Source: the human T2T-CHM13v2.0 reference genome, Homo sapiens. From it: a stretch of DNA of 64,000 nt. Where the stretch lies: the NCBI RefSeq assembly GCF_009914755.1, contig NC_060936.1. One strand, given 5' to 3'. Made by a program: the position numbers and the translations under genes. Within the stretch, counting starts at the first letter, position 1. Each line of letters starts with the position of its first letter. Below, piece after piece: positions 14,997-27,200 of this stretch. Below the pieces are notes generated by a model. The model searched no databases and was not told where the DNA came from. It saw only the letters and a list, made by a program, of their open reading frames with translations.

Positions 14997-15037
14997 ATGA
15001 GGAATCAAACTCAGATATGAGGAATCAAACTCAGATA
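14997..15037. repeat. Perfect 20-bp tandem duplication within a MIR
   Basis: ATGAGGAATCAAACTCAGAT x2. Confidence 0.95.
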
Positions 15038-15344
15038 GGCTAAGGGTGGAGGTAGACCAGGAGAACCTGCACCCGCATGCATTCTTCTCACTGCAAGTTC
15101 AGGCAGGCCAGGAGATGAAAGCCAGCATGAGCCAGTGAATAAGCAATTATCTGACAAACCCAAGGCCAGCAGAAGTAAGATAACATCTTTGTTCCCCTCC
15201 ATTTCTTCCTATGCCATCCAGCCCTCAACCCCTGCTACCTTCAAGCCCTGTTGATACTCACGCCCTCCTGCCCACATTCCTTCGGTGGGGCACTGAAGTT
15301 TTGGTGGAGGGGAGCAGAGCGAGGAACTCTTTGTTTGTGCAGTA

Positions 15345-15428
15345 AGGACTTCCTTACAGGAAATTTCCTGTGATGGAAACTCTGGGGAAACTTCCTGTTG
15401 GTTAGGCCACTGCCGGGGGCTGATAACC
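15345..15428. promoter_or_regulatory. Candidate enhancer module B (ETS/kB-like/GATA)
   Basis: ACTTCCT, palindrome ACAGGAAATTTCCTGT (15356-15371), GGAA, AACTTCCTGT, TGATAA. Confidence 0.55.
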
Positions 15429-17216
15429 TGAACCACTTAAAACCTTCAGGGCTCTGCTGCTGAGAGGATGGGATGGCCCTTCCCTGCTTCTCCAAGTCTG
15501 GGAGGGCAAGAAAGTCCAAGCGTACAGAAGCCTCAGGAATCTCCCTGGGATGGTATTTTCCAGGAGCTAAAAGCTATGGCTCTCATCAGCTGATCTTATT
15601 CTAGAAGACCAGCCCTCATGGTTAAATGGACTGCTTAGATTTATAACGAGAATGGTACCTGCAGCGACATACTAGCTGGATGCATTAATAGGGCTTTGGA
15701 AACCATCTCAAAGTTCTGGGTCTGGTTCTTCATACATCATTTTAAAACATATTCCTGTTATATTACTCTCCAGTGTTAAGGGTTTATGAGCACTGCAAAC
15801 ATTTATTTTCAGCTCTCACTTATGAACTTGGAATTCTAATTAATCCTTGTCATTGTCAGACATGGTTGACACTGTATGCTGTGTGGGTCACTTAGCACCA
15901 AGTGTAAATCATCTGGGGTATGTCTTGCAGGACGACCAATCTTAAGCCATAGCACAAAATTCTTAAATAGACTTTACAATCATTTCACCTAGTTTGGACT
16001 TCTGGTGGATTATTTTGTTCTTTGTCAGCACTCCAGCAAAGATAATTACTCCTAAATCATGCCTTGGATTGAACTGAGCTTTGAATGTCTCCAATGTTGG
16101 GAATTCCGTAGGTTCCCATAGCAGCTCTCCTGGCCCAGCTCTTAGTTTGAAAGTTTGGTCTCCTAATTAGCCTGAATTTTCTCTAGTGACCTATAAGCCC
16201 ATTATTGTAAGCCCTGTCCTTATTGTGTCATAAAAATAATTGACTCCTTGTCTTCAATCTATTTCATATAGGTAGACAGCTGCCACATCAAGAACGTCTT
16301 GTAAGTGCTTGATTTACCAAAGTCCATTTCTCCACAAGTTTCTTCATAGTTGTTTTCCTGGATTGGGGGTTATTTTAGCCTTACTTTCTAAAATGACTGG
16401 ATTTAATGGAGGCCTCTGTCAGTCCCAACTCTCCAAATTTCTGCCCCAGCTTGGTGCTCTTTGCTTTGTTTATAGTAAATAATCATTTCAGCATCAGAAT
16501 AAATCAGTGAACTGGACATGTCTTTAGGTGGACTTTTGAGATTATATTCCTGGTCCACATTGCAAATTAGGGAAGAATGAAAGAAATTATAATTAACTAG
16601 GAAGAAATTTGTCCGCTGAGAAGTCTCCCTTGTTAGACTCCTAGAAAATAGAGACCATAATATTTTATAATTTTTTGTCACAGTTTCCATACATATTTGT
16701 TGAATGAATCCTAAAAGTCAAAAGGGAGCTGCTTATTGGATTTGAGTTGCTTCTAGAACATGTTAAAAATTATGTGAATTTTCTCAATGTATTTGTAAGA
16801 ATAAGCTGTCCTCGTGATTGAGTATTGATCTTCAAAATGGAGAATTATCAGTGGTGAGTGATGCTGCATGTAATGTACTTATAAAGGATAGGAAAAATAT
16901 TTTGTAAAAATGCCTTGGGATAAGCTTTAAATATAAAAATCCAAAATGGTGATTTAGTTTGGGGCACTCAGAGGAAGAATAAGAATAGGGCCTGTTTAAA
17001 TTTTTTGCAACATGATTACTCCTGGTTTTACATTTGATTTTGTATTATAGAATGAGATTAACTGGAATATGTTATAAATACAGAAAGTCTGTCATTATAA
17101 ACACTAGTCAGCACCTTTTGTCTTCATAAGAATAATTGCTATTTTCAATGCATACTTGCTCTAAAATAGACCATATTGATGTCATAATATGTAGACTGAG
17201 CAAAAATATTATTAGT

Positions 17217-17240
17217 ATCATCATCATCATCATCATCATC
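17217..17240. repeat. (ATC)8 microsatellite
   Basis: Direct read. Confidence 0.95.
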
Positions 17241-17409
17241 TTCTGATCTTCATCAAAGTTGTATTAAAATATTTTGGTATTCTAAATATCATTATCTTTT
17301 TTGAAAGCCTACTTAGGGTAATAGAAGGATCAGGAACTTTGGACTCTTTGACAGATTTCTAGTTTTTTCTATTTTTTTGCTATTCTGTAAATTCTTTCAA
17401 AAGATTTTT

Positions 17410-18025
17410 ATCAGGTGTTTACTGCATACTCTGAAGTGCTGGGATATATCAGTGACCAAAACAGATATGACCCCTGCCTTCATGTTGCTTACAGTTTAAT
17501 AGGGGAGATAAGTGTCTACCAAGGAATTCACACTAGCCAGAGAGCACATTGCCCACACAGCATCCAGAGTAATCTGTTGTAAGATAAATCAGACTGTCAC
17601 TTCCCTGTGCCAAAACCTCCACTGGCTTCCAGTTTCATTTGGAAACCTTCTGAGTTCTCAGTATGAACTGCCAGGCCCTGTGTGATCTGAAATTTGTAAA
17701 TCTCGTCAACCTCTCCACCCTCATCCTCCATCACCTTGTGTTCTGCTAGTTCCTCTTCAGCCACCCTGATCTTTTTGCTATTCTTGGAACACACAAGTTT
17801 ATGTTCTACCTCAGGGCATTTGCACTTGCTGCCCTTCTGCCTATGAAGCTGTTTCTCCAGATACTCTCATGTTAGAGTCCCTCACCTTATCCAGGCCTCT
17901 GCTTAAATATCACCTCCTTAGAGAAGCTTCCCCAACAGCATTATCCAAACGACACCTTCCTTCACTCTCCATCACCTTTATCCTGCACTATTTTTCTTCT
18001 TGGCAATTTTCACCACCTGACATGT
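17410..18025. mobile_element. L2 fragments (both orientations)
   Basis: CCCTGCCTTCATG...CTTACAGT; CTCAGGGCATTTGCACTTGCTG...AAATATCACCTCCTTAGAGAAGCTTCCC. Confidence 0.7.
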
Positions 18026-18039
18026 AATTTTTTAAAACA

Positions 18040-18750
18040 CTGGATGGTGACCCTTAGGTATCTATTCAAAATGGCCATTCTTGTGCACAGCTGGGGTATG
18101 ATGCCAGTGGGTCCACCTGTAGGGTAATTGGATGGGCCTGGCTGTCTCATGGGAGACTCCAGAGTCTTTTCTTTTGGGAAGGCAAGTTTGTCCAAAAAGA
18201 AATCCTGTGGGCTCCTCCTTAGAAAGAGTCAATATATGATGGCACTTGAGCTTTTACCATGAAGATTTCCACTGAGTTCCCCTATATTCCAGAGCTGCTC
18301 ACCCTTGCTCCCTCCTGAACTTGGCGTTCTCAGATTCATCCTGATTCCAGCAAGGGAAATGTCCTTTCATCTGCAAGGAGGTGCAGGTTGCTGGGCTGGG
18401 GGAGGGTGGAATACAGCCATGCCACAGATGCTTTATTAGTCTTCTCTGTTCCCTGCCTGCCTTCAGAGGCACTTGGAACCCCCAGTTTCTGAGGTTTTAT
18501 GAAGTTCTGGTAGGAAAACGAGTTTGTTTATTGGTATCTCCCCCTGCAGGCAGATTGAGTTAAGATTTTCTGCTCAGCTGAGTCAGATACCAATTGTCCG
18601 TCTGTTCCAGCTTCCAAAATTTTGTGCACCTCCCTCAACTGCCATTGTTTCCTCTCCCATTCTGTTGTCTTGTGGGTTTGTACCTTTTTTATTCCTCTAT
18701 CTGGTTTAGTGGGACGTCAGACAGGAGCAGGGATAGACAAGATATGTCTC
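18040..18750 (-). mobile_element. Old L1/HAL1-like fragment
   Basis: Resembles the 3600-4600 text (CAGCTTCCAAAATTTTGT...TCTTGTGGGTTTGTACCTTTT). Confidence 0.45.
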
Positions 18751-19271
18751 ATCAATGTAGTTACACGTGGAGGTAAAAGCATTGATGTAGCAGTACAGGA
18801 TGCTTTGAAAGCATAAAATACAGAAATCTGGTCTGGTGTGTCGCATACATTTAAGAGGAGACTTGAAAGCTAAGTAGGAGTTAATTGGGCAAAGAAGAAG
18901 GTAGGATTATTTCTGGGGAGGGGAACAGAGCCTGTGAAGGCCCTGAGACTGGAAGAGGATTTGTTCTACAGGGAATGGAAAGCCCAGCCCAACTGGCATT
19001 CATTGAATTTGCTGTGGAAAAGCAGAGTGACACATTGCTTTGGTGAGGATTGCAGATGGTGAGGTAGAACAAGACAGTCACGTTAAGGATTTTGATCTTT
19101 ATCCTAAGAGCAACAAGCATCCGTGTCTGTGTTACCTCAGTAACCTTGGACCTCGTAAACTCTGGGTTCTTTTATAAACCAGGCACAGTAATATCTACCT
19201 CACAGAGCTGTGTGCATTGCATGACATCATATACACACTATATTGACTTAAGACTGTCATATTTGTTTGCT

Positions 19272-19516
19272 CAACTCATGGATATGAAGGGCAGACTGTA
19301 TACCTTGTCAGGTACTTTTTTCTTTTTATTGTATCCCATGGGGGAAATGGATGGTAGATTGGTGGAGGTGGCTAGAATTGTAAAGAAAAATATGAAATTC
19401 ACATGAAGGCTGGAGTTACTCATATGACAACAACAGCTTATGGGGCCCAATTCTATTGCTCTTGCGTCTGTCACACAGTTGAGGTTTTGGAATGAACTAC
19501 GTATGCCATCCTTGTT
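19272..19516 (+). repeat. Left arm of 245-bp inverted duplication
   Basis: Reverse complement of 21446-21690; 5 mismatches counted by eye. Confidence 0.97.
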
Positions 19517-21445
19517 GGACAGTGACAAGTCACTGTAGCCCCCTAGGAGAAGAACAGTATAATCAAGATGTCAGGTTGAGGAATAATCTTTGTGATCAAC
19601 TGAGTGAAAGGTACAAAGTAAGAAACAATTGAGAGGCATTGCTCTGGGCCCAAAAGTCTAGTAACAGGCAATTAGAGGTTAAAGGATAAGCATTTGATAG
19701 TGTTCTAGCTATACTGCAAAATGAATGCTGCATGAAGGCTAACTGAGAAGCTTATCAGTTGGTAGTTGGGAACTAAAGAGGAAGCAGGCACCAAGGAAAG
19801 ATGGAAAGTTCTACACACCTTTGTTAGTTACACATGGAGGTAAATGCATTGATGATGAATCTGCCATTTTTAGGTTTTCATGTTTAAAAAGTTTCCTGAC
19901 AATGTGTCTAGCAATGTGCTAGACACTGTAGATAATATACAATAAAATATTAAAGAGGCGGCTCGTCCTCAAGGAACTTTCAAGCATTCATACATTTCTG
20001 TTTGATTGTAACATATTTATTATTTTAAAGAACTGGCCAGAGAGTTGCATGTTCTGTGTAGGGATAAATAGCAAGTTTCAGGCCCCTGCATTTATTGGCA
20101 CTTACGTACATGGTAGTCCTCACACCTTTGCCGGACAGCACCAAAAATCCTGCGGAGCTCAACTCTGTGACCTCACCCTTTGAGCCTGGAAATCAGCATG
20201 AACTCATGATCTGACAATCCCGAACAAGCTAAGCATTTCTTAAAAGAAAGCAGTGACTTTTAATAGGTCTCACTGATGGTGTTCCACCGATTAAATCAGT
20301 CAAACAGAATTGTCACATTGAAGATTATCTTGGGTTTCTAGAATTCATTCTAGGTTTTAAAGATGCAGACAGATTCTGAGGGTCACAAACGTCAGTTTGC
20401 CAAGTATGTTTAGGCTGTAAAGTTATCCATGAAAAGACCGTGTGGTTTGCATGAGATTGATTGTGATCGGATGTAACTACATTGCTTTTTACAGCTCAGT
20501 AGAAACCACTTTCAATTGCAAATTGTAGCAGAAGCAGGCGTCTACTTAATTTTGATCTTAAAGAATTTCAAAGAGAATAAATGCACACTAAATAGTGGTG
20601 GATTTTGGTAGTATACGCCAACATCACTTTTTATTTAACACATGCAGAAATGTGTACTGGTAGAGAAAATTGGTAGAGTGAATTAAAGTACAGACAGATC
20701 CACATTGACTTTAAATGAATACATGCACGGTCAGAAAACGGTAACCCTGGGCAGGAATCTTTAAGTTTTCAGGGCTCATTAGACAGTGAGCAGGTGAGGC
20801 TCAAGGCTGAGTTTGCAACTGTGCTGTGAAAACTCAAAAATGAAAGTTTTTTTCATTTCTGAGCCTGTTGAAAAGTGGGTAAGAAGGGAAAGGGCAGTCT
20901 CATAATAAAATAATATGTAAAGGCTAACCAAATAACCCACTTTAGTCTTTACTTACTGGCAGGCAGCAACATGTCCTATTTACAGAGGGAGGCTTTACCT
21001 AAGTGGTTATATGTAAATGAACCACCTTTTCAATGAAACAGGATGCACCTGTCTAGAGGTGTCTGTTACTAGAGCAATGGATGTTTGATTGGACTGACAA
21101 ATTTTATTTCCTTTTTGGAAAAAAGAATGTAGGTGGTATCAAATCACCCTTTCTCCTGGTAACAATAGGAATTACTTCTTGAACTTGAGAAACCAGTAGT
21201 TGCTTGACCTATGTTTTTTGCATTTAGCATAGTCTTCTAAAGTAGTAGGAGCATACGTTTTTGTCTTTAATTCCCTGCAGACCCCTTCCCCAATGATCAT
21301 CAGCAATACATCCACCCATAAATCAATGAAATCATAAAAAAGAAACATAAAATTCACTTGAAAAAGAATACCTACAAGGCATTCCTAGAATTCTCAATGT
21401 AAGTCATTTTTTGCCAGCAAAGCTAATTGTTCTCAAATATTTGAT

Positions 21446-21690
21446 AACAAGGATGGCATACGTAGTTCATTCCAAAACCTCAACTGTGTGACAGACGCAA
21501 GGGCAGTAGAATTGAGCCCCATAAGCTGTTGTTGTCATGTGAGTAACTCCAGCCTTCATGTGAATTTCATATTTTTCTTTACAATTCTAGCCACCTCCAC
21601 CAATCTACCATCCATTTCCCCCATGGGATACAATAAAAAGAAAAAAGTACCTGACAAGGTATACAGTCTGCCCTTCATATCCGTGAGTTG
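21446..21690 (-). repeat. Right arm of 245-bp inverted duplication
   Basis: Reverse complement of 19272-19516; the last 27 bp are the end of the adjacent MER2. Confidence 0.97.
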
Positions 21691-21998
21691 CACATCCGTG
21701 ATTCCATCCAGCCACAGATAGAAAATATTCAGAAAAACAAAAAACAAAAAAAAAAAACCCACAAATGCAACAATAAAAAAATACAGACTTTCAGAATAGC
21801 ATATAACAACTATTTAGATAGCATTTACATTGTATTCGTTACAAGTAATCTAGAGATGATTTAAAATATACAGGAGGATGCACATAGGTTATATGCAAAT
21901 ATACACCATTTTATATAAGGGATTTGAGCATCCATGGATTTTGGTATCTGGGCGGGGGGTCCTGGAGCCAATCCCTTGTGTATGCAGAGGAATGACTG
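21664..21998 (-). mobile_element. MER2 (Tigger/TcMar DNA transposon), full length with TA TSD
   Basis: TA-CAGTCTGCCCT...GTAATCTAGAGATGATTTAAA...GAGCATCCATGGATTTTGGTATC...GTCCTGGAGCCAATCCC...GACTG-TA. Confidence 0.9.
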
Positions 21999-22182
21999 TA
22001 CTGGAAAGCAAAGTAAAGCTACACCAAAGAGGGTAATAGCAGGCTATAAAGTACTGAGAGAAACTAAGAGAAGAAAGTGAGGTACCTCTGACAAAGGAGT
22101 GCTTGGAAGAGAAAGGATGAATAGAAAAATGGGATTTCAGGGAATTCATTGATGACAGGATGACCTACTTAAAAATGACAAG

Positions 22183-22478
22183 GGCCATGTGTGGTGGCTC
22201 ACACCTGTAATCCCAGCACTTTGGGAGGCCAAGGTGGGCAGATCACTTGAGGTCAGGAGTTGGAGACGAGCCTGGCCAACACGGCAAAACCCTATCTCTA
22301 CAAAAAAATACAAAAATTAGCTGGGTGTGATGGCACGCGCCTGTAGTCCCAGCTTCTTGGGAGGCATGAGGTGGGAGAATGACCTGCGCTCAGGAGGTTA
22401 AGGCTGTGGTGAGCCGTGATCGTGCCACTGCACTCCAGCCTGGGTGACACAGGGAGACCCTGTGTCAAAAAAAAAAAA
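22183..22478 (+). mobile_element. Alu (J/S)
   Basis: Full-length Alu with A tail. Confidence 0.95.
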
Positions 22479-22479
22479 G

Positions 22480-22682
22480 ATAGGAAGTGAGCAAAAGAGA
22501 GGTCATAGATAATGGCATGATGAAACAGAGGAAAAAAAGGATAAGAAGGAGGAAGAAAAAATGTACAATAAAACGAGAAGGAAGGATGCAAAATGAATAT
22601 AGGAAAAACAAGAGAACTGAAGACAAGAGGAAAAAAGGAGATGGTAGAAGGGAGGAATGAAAGTAAGTAAAATAGGAATGAA
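22480..22682. repeat. GA-rich low-complexity tract
   Basis: Strongly purine-rich + strand. Confidence 0.7.
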
Positions 22683-23018
22683 GTTCAAGATCTATTTAGC
22701 CATAGCTAAAGGAACGTATTATCAGCTATTGATTTCCTCTTCTAATAAAGAGGAGAATGATATGGATAGTCCAGAATAATGGATCATTTGCAAAACATTA
22801 ATGTGTCTTGACTTAAGGTACATGTTTATAATTACCTCGAACTGTATATTTGTCTTCTTCCATGTGTGGTTTTAAATTATTTTACCAAAATGGGGAAGCC
22901 AGGAGATACATACTTGATTCAGTAAAACCAGCTTTTTATTCGTAGTTTACTTCCTGCTGCATCCTTTTTTCGGCTGAGAGGGATCAATGTCTGCAGGTGT
23001 CCCTTAATCCATAATTAA

Positions 23019-23418
<400 letters not shown>

Positions 23419-24249
23419 TGGAATGGAGCATTTTACTTGAGACCTCTGTGAGCTGGTCCTGAGTATGAGTAGTGAATTCCAACCCACTTTTCTCCTAATC
23501 CCTGTCGTGTCCTAGAGTGAGAATATACAGAGGGGTTGGAAGTGGGTTTATGTTCATGGGCTTTCTAGATGGACTTTCAAGTCCAAGTAGAAGTCCAACT
23601 TGAGAGCTCGTGTAGAAAGCCCTTGAATGTAAACCCGTGAAGAAAAGCACTTCCTTATTTCAGAAAGAGCACAAAAGACCAGCAATCCAAAGGCATTTCG
23701 AAGACCTTGAAAGAGCTGGGAGTGGCTTAGGTATGGAGGGTGCATGTGTGAGTACAAATGGCCCCTCAGCTCAGAACCAAGCATCTGTGTGCCATGATCC
23801 ATGGTTCCTAAATATCATGGAGGGCAAAAAGTATAAATGTGAATTAATGCAAGAGAAACCACACTGAAATAAAAAATACCTGTGGTCTCTTGAGATTCAA
23901 GTTGGCAAAATCCAATCTAAAAGATGTCTGACTATCACAATTAGTGAAGTCCACAGGTCAGATTTTCCTCTCTGTTCCTGATTAGGATTAACCTGGAAAG
24001 GTGGATTGGGTCCATCTTTAATAATAACTACACCTTCTGAAAGATTTGAAACTATTATTATCTCTTTGTTTGCTGCTGCTTTCATAGATTTATGGTAGGA
24101 CTTGGGGTTAGATGGATGATCCAGGTCACCTATTCCAGCCTCACACTCTGCCTCTATTCCAAATATGACATCACTGAGCGATGGCCACCCACCTTCCCTT
24201 GGATACCTCTAACAATGGGAATCTCACTGTTTCACAGGCAGCTCTTTTT

Positions 24250-24290
24250 TTTTTAAACACCTCCAATTCCAATTTTTAAACACCTCCAAT
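24250..24290. repeat. 18-bp direct duplication
   Basis: TTTTTAAACACCTCCAAT at 24250 and 24273. Confidence 0.9.
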
Positions 24291-27200
24291 GTCCAGAAAG
24301 TTCTTTAAACTCTTAAATACATGACATTTATTAAAACAAAGCCTCAAACCACTTTCAGAGTGGTGGTACAGCAAATAATTGATTCTTTTCAGGGTTTTTC
24401 CCCCCTGTGTTTTTTGTCTTCTCTAACTCAAATCATTGCCCGGATATTGCTTATAACAGGAGCTCAGCCTCAACCAGTCTTTCTGCTTTTACCACATGCT
24501 CTAGTGGAATCTAGATTACCGGACTCATTTCGAATCTAACTAAAAATGAGAAATGCTCTGTTTATATAAAGCTTGGCAATCAATAGGAAAAGGAAAGGCT
24601 GTTTAGCAAAGGCCAGTGATAATTCCAAGAAGCAGTGTCTTTTGGAATATGCTATGGTGACCTGGCCACTGCAGCTATCTGCTTATCTGTCTGGTTTCAG
24701 ATTTCCAGAAAGGACTCGCTGCCTTCGAAACACTTCCCAGCCCTTCCTTGGGTGCCTGGATTTCTACCATTAGCAGTTTACTCCTTGAGCATGGATTTTT
24801 GCAGAAAGACATGTAGACCAGGGAGATGGCTCATTAAGCTCTTGGTGGTCATTTCACCAGAGCATTTAGCATTTTTAAATCCCTTCCTGGATGCTTGTTT
24901 TAGTGATGATGGTGGTGGTGAGATGAAGCAGGGATGTGTAGATCATGAAGGGATGGGAAAGGGGATGATTTGGTTGGAACGAAGCAAAATAACATTTCTG
25001 AGTGCCTGCTAAGGTCCAGCACTTTTCACACGTAAAATTTTCACAACAATCCCTGTGAGTTGGGATCCAGTTTCTACAGATGAGGAAATGAAGACAGGAG
25101 ACTAGATGACCTGACCAGGTCCTAGGCCAGTCAGGAACAGAGCTGGGATTTAAACCAGAGCTGCCTGGTCCAAAACCTGTGCTGGTCCTGCTATTTTATG
25201 ACACCTAGAAGGGAAAAGGGCAGAGAACTGGAAAGCTGAGATGGAATCACCTACTTAAGAATTTTGCAGAAGGCTAACCCTGTCTAAAAGCATCGCTTTG
25301 CAATCAGACACATGTGGCAGTAAAAATGTCCCAATGCTAACTCATTTTAAGCCTTGGTTTTAGTCTACCTAAAATTTATAGAACACTGTAAAATATGCTA
25401 CATGTAATAAGATATTTATTAGGAGTCTTCTTGCACTTGTTCAGAATGCTTTTTATTATGTTTCTGCTCATTATTGTAGATATTCTCCCATTTTGGAGAA
25501 ATTGACCGCGTGCACACTCTTCACTGGAGTTTTGCACAAATCTTACCAGAAAACTGGTGAAGATCAGTCCTGAGGCCCCTTCCGCCTCTAATTCCTTGCA
25601 GTATTTTGGCTGTACTATGTGCTGTTACACTAGATCACAATAAGCAGCTGCCAGTTTCCTCACAGGTTCCCTTGGGGAAGGATATGGGAATAATTCTTAG
25701 GAACCCCCCACAAATTATAGCAACCAATGCAGTAAAACCCCTTTAGCTCACTCCTCCCCCTGTGCTCACTCACATACTCAAATATATTTAGTGCTTTCCT
25801 TCCTCTCACTCCGACACTTTTGGGAGAGCCCTGGGGGTGGTTGAGTACCTTGTCCTTGGGTGGATTTTCTTGTTTTCTGAGACTGGCTGCCATCAGACTT
25901 CGGGAGAGGATCTTACCAGAGGCGGGTCTCTTCTTCCCCCGCCACCGCCCTCAGTATTCTTTCACAGCCACCACAAAGCCACGCTTTCTCTGCTAAGTAC
26001 ACATTCCTAGGACTGTAACAAAAGGCTTCTGTGAGTTTGAAAGCTGCAGGGGAGGCTCCTGCGTGAAGGCCTAAGATTTAAAGGGTTTCATTTCTCCTGT
26101 GCTGGGGACTGTATTGAGTGCAGTTTGAAATCTGCTTCACCACCACAAGGGGAAATAGAAATCAGCCCTAAAGCTGCATGGAGACCCCGGCTGGTCTTTA
26201 TCCTCATAGCTTAGTGATTTCCTGCCACCCAAGAGGCAGTGAGGGGCTCCCTGACATTCCGGAGGCCCCAGGAACCCTGGCTGCGGTGACCCGGTGCTGG
26301 GGAGGGAGTGCATGGGGTAGGCTCCTGGTTGTGAGCCTTCAGTTCGCCGGGATGTCTATGCTGTGCTGTGTGGCTACTTAGCCAAGGCTGTGCATGCCAG
26401 CCGGAGCCAACAGCTTCAGCAAACCTGCCCTCCGGGGAGAGTGGATTTCATTGTTTTCAAAGAGATACAGGAAATCAGAATTTTCCATCCTTCCATGGAG
26501 AGACTTGGATTGGACTGAGAAGAGAACCAGCATTAAAAAGGAAGTCTCCTTCCCTTTCTTCCCTGCCCCTCCTCACCCCAGCCCCAGCCCACCCGCCAGG
26601 GGCACACCCTCCCTCTGCCGGCCTTTGGGTGGAAACCTTCCTGCCTGCAGCACAGGCAGTGTGAACTGCGGGGCTGTCTGAGCAACCCAGCTCTTGCCTT
26701 TTCAGTAGCAGAGGTAATGTGGCCACGACTCAGAATTATGGGACCCCAGATGCTGAGGAAGTAAACTGACTTCTTTTCAGCTCACAGCAGACGCATAGAC
26801 AACAGAGTAGATTTCATGTTCTAATGAAACAGTGTAGAAACTCTGTCCTTGGTGGCTCAGTACTGTGTGGTATGAGCCTCTGCCTCCCTCCCTCCCTCCC
26901 TCTTTCCTTCTCTTTTCCTCCCCCACCCCTTCACGGCCTGCCCTTTCCTGATTCTTCAGAACTGACAACTATAAATCCAGCCCAAATTCCTTTAAACAAA
27001 GGGTCACCAAGAGCACGACCTTGAAAAGACTTCTTGTGATATGCACTTGCAGAGTTGCATATTGTTCCTTGGATTTAGGACAGGCCAAAGAAATCTTCCA
27101 CTTTATTTAAGAAGAGCCTGTGTGGTTCGAGGCCAGGGCCGTGGACATAGGATTAACCACAATAATAATACAATGAAGTACACATGCAAAATGAAAACTT

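Noticed and set aside
19092-21762. Near-identical peptides in ORFs 19092-19406(+)/21556-21762(-) and 19271-19528(-)/21488-21721(+)
   Set aside because: By-product of the 245-bp inverted duplication; no recognisable protein similarity or gene structure.
22480-22682. GA-rich tract as a GGAA microsatellite (ETV6/EWS-FLI1 type)
   Set aside because: Irregular low complexity with no tandem (GGAA)n run.
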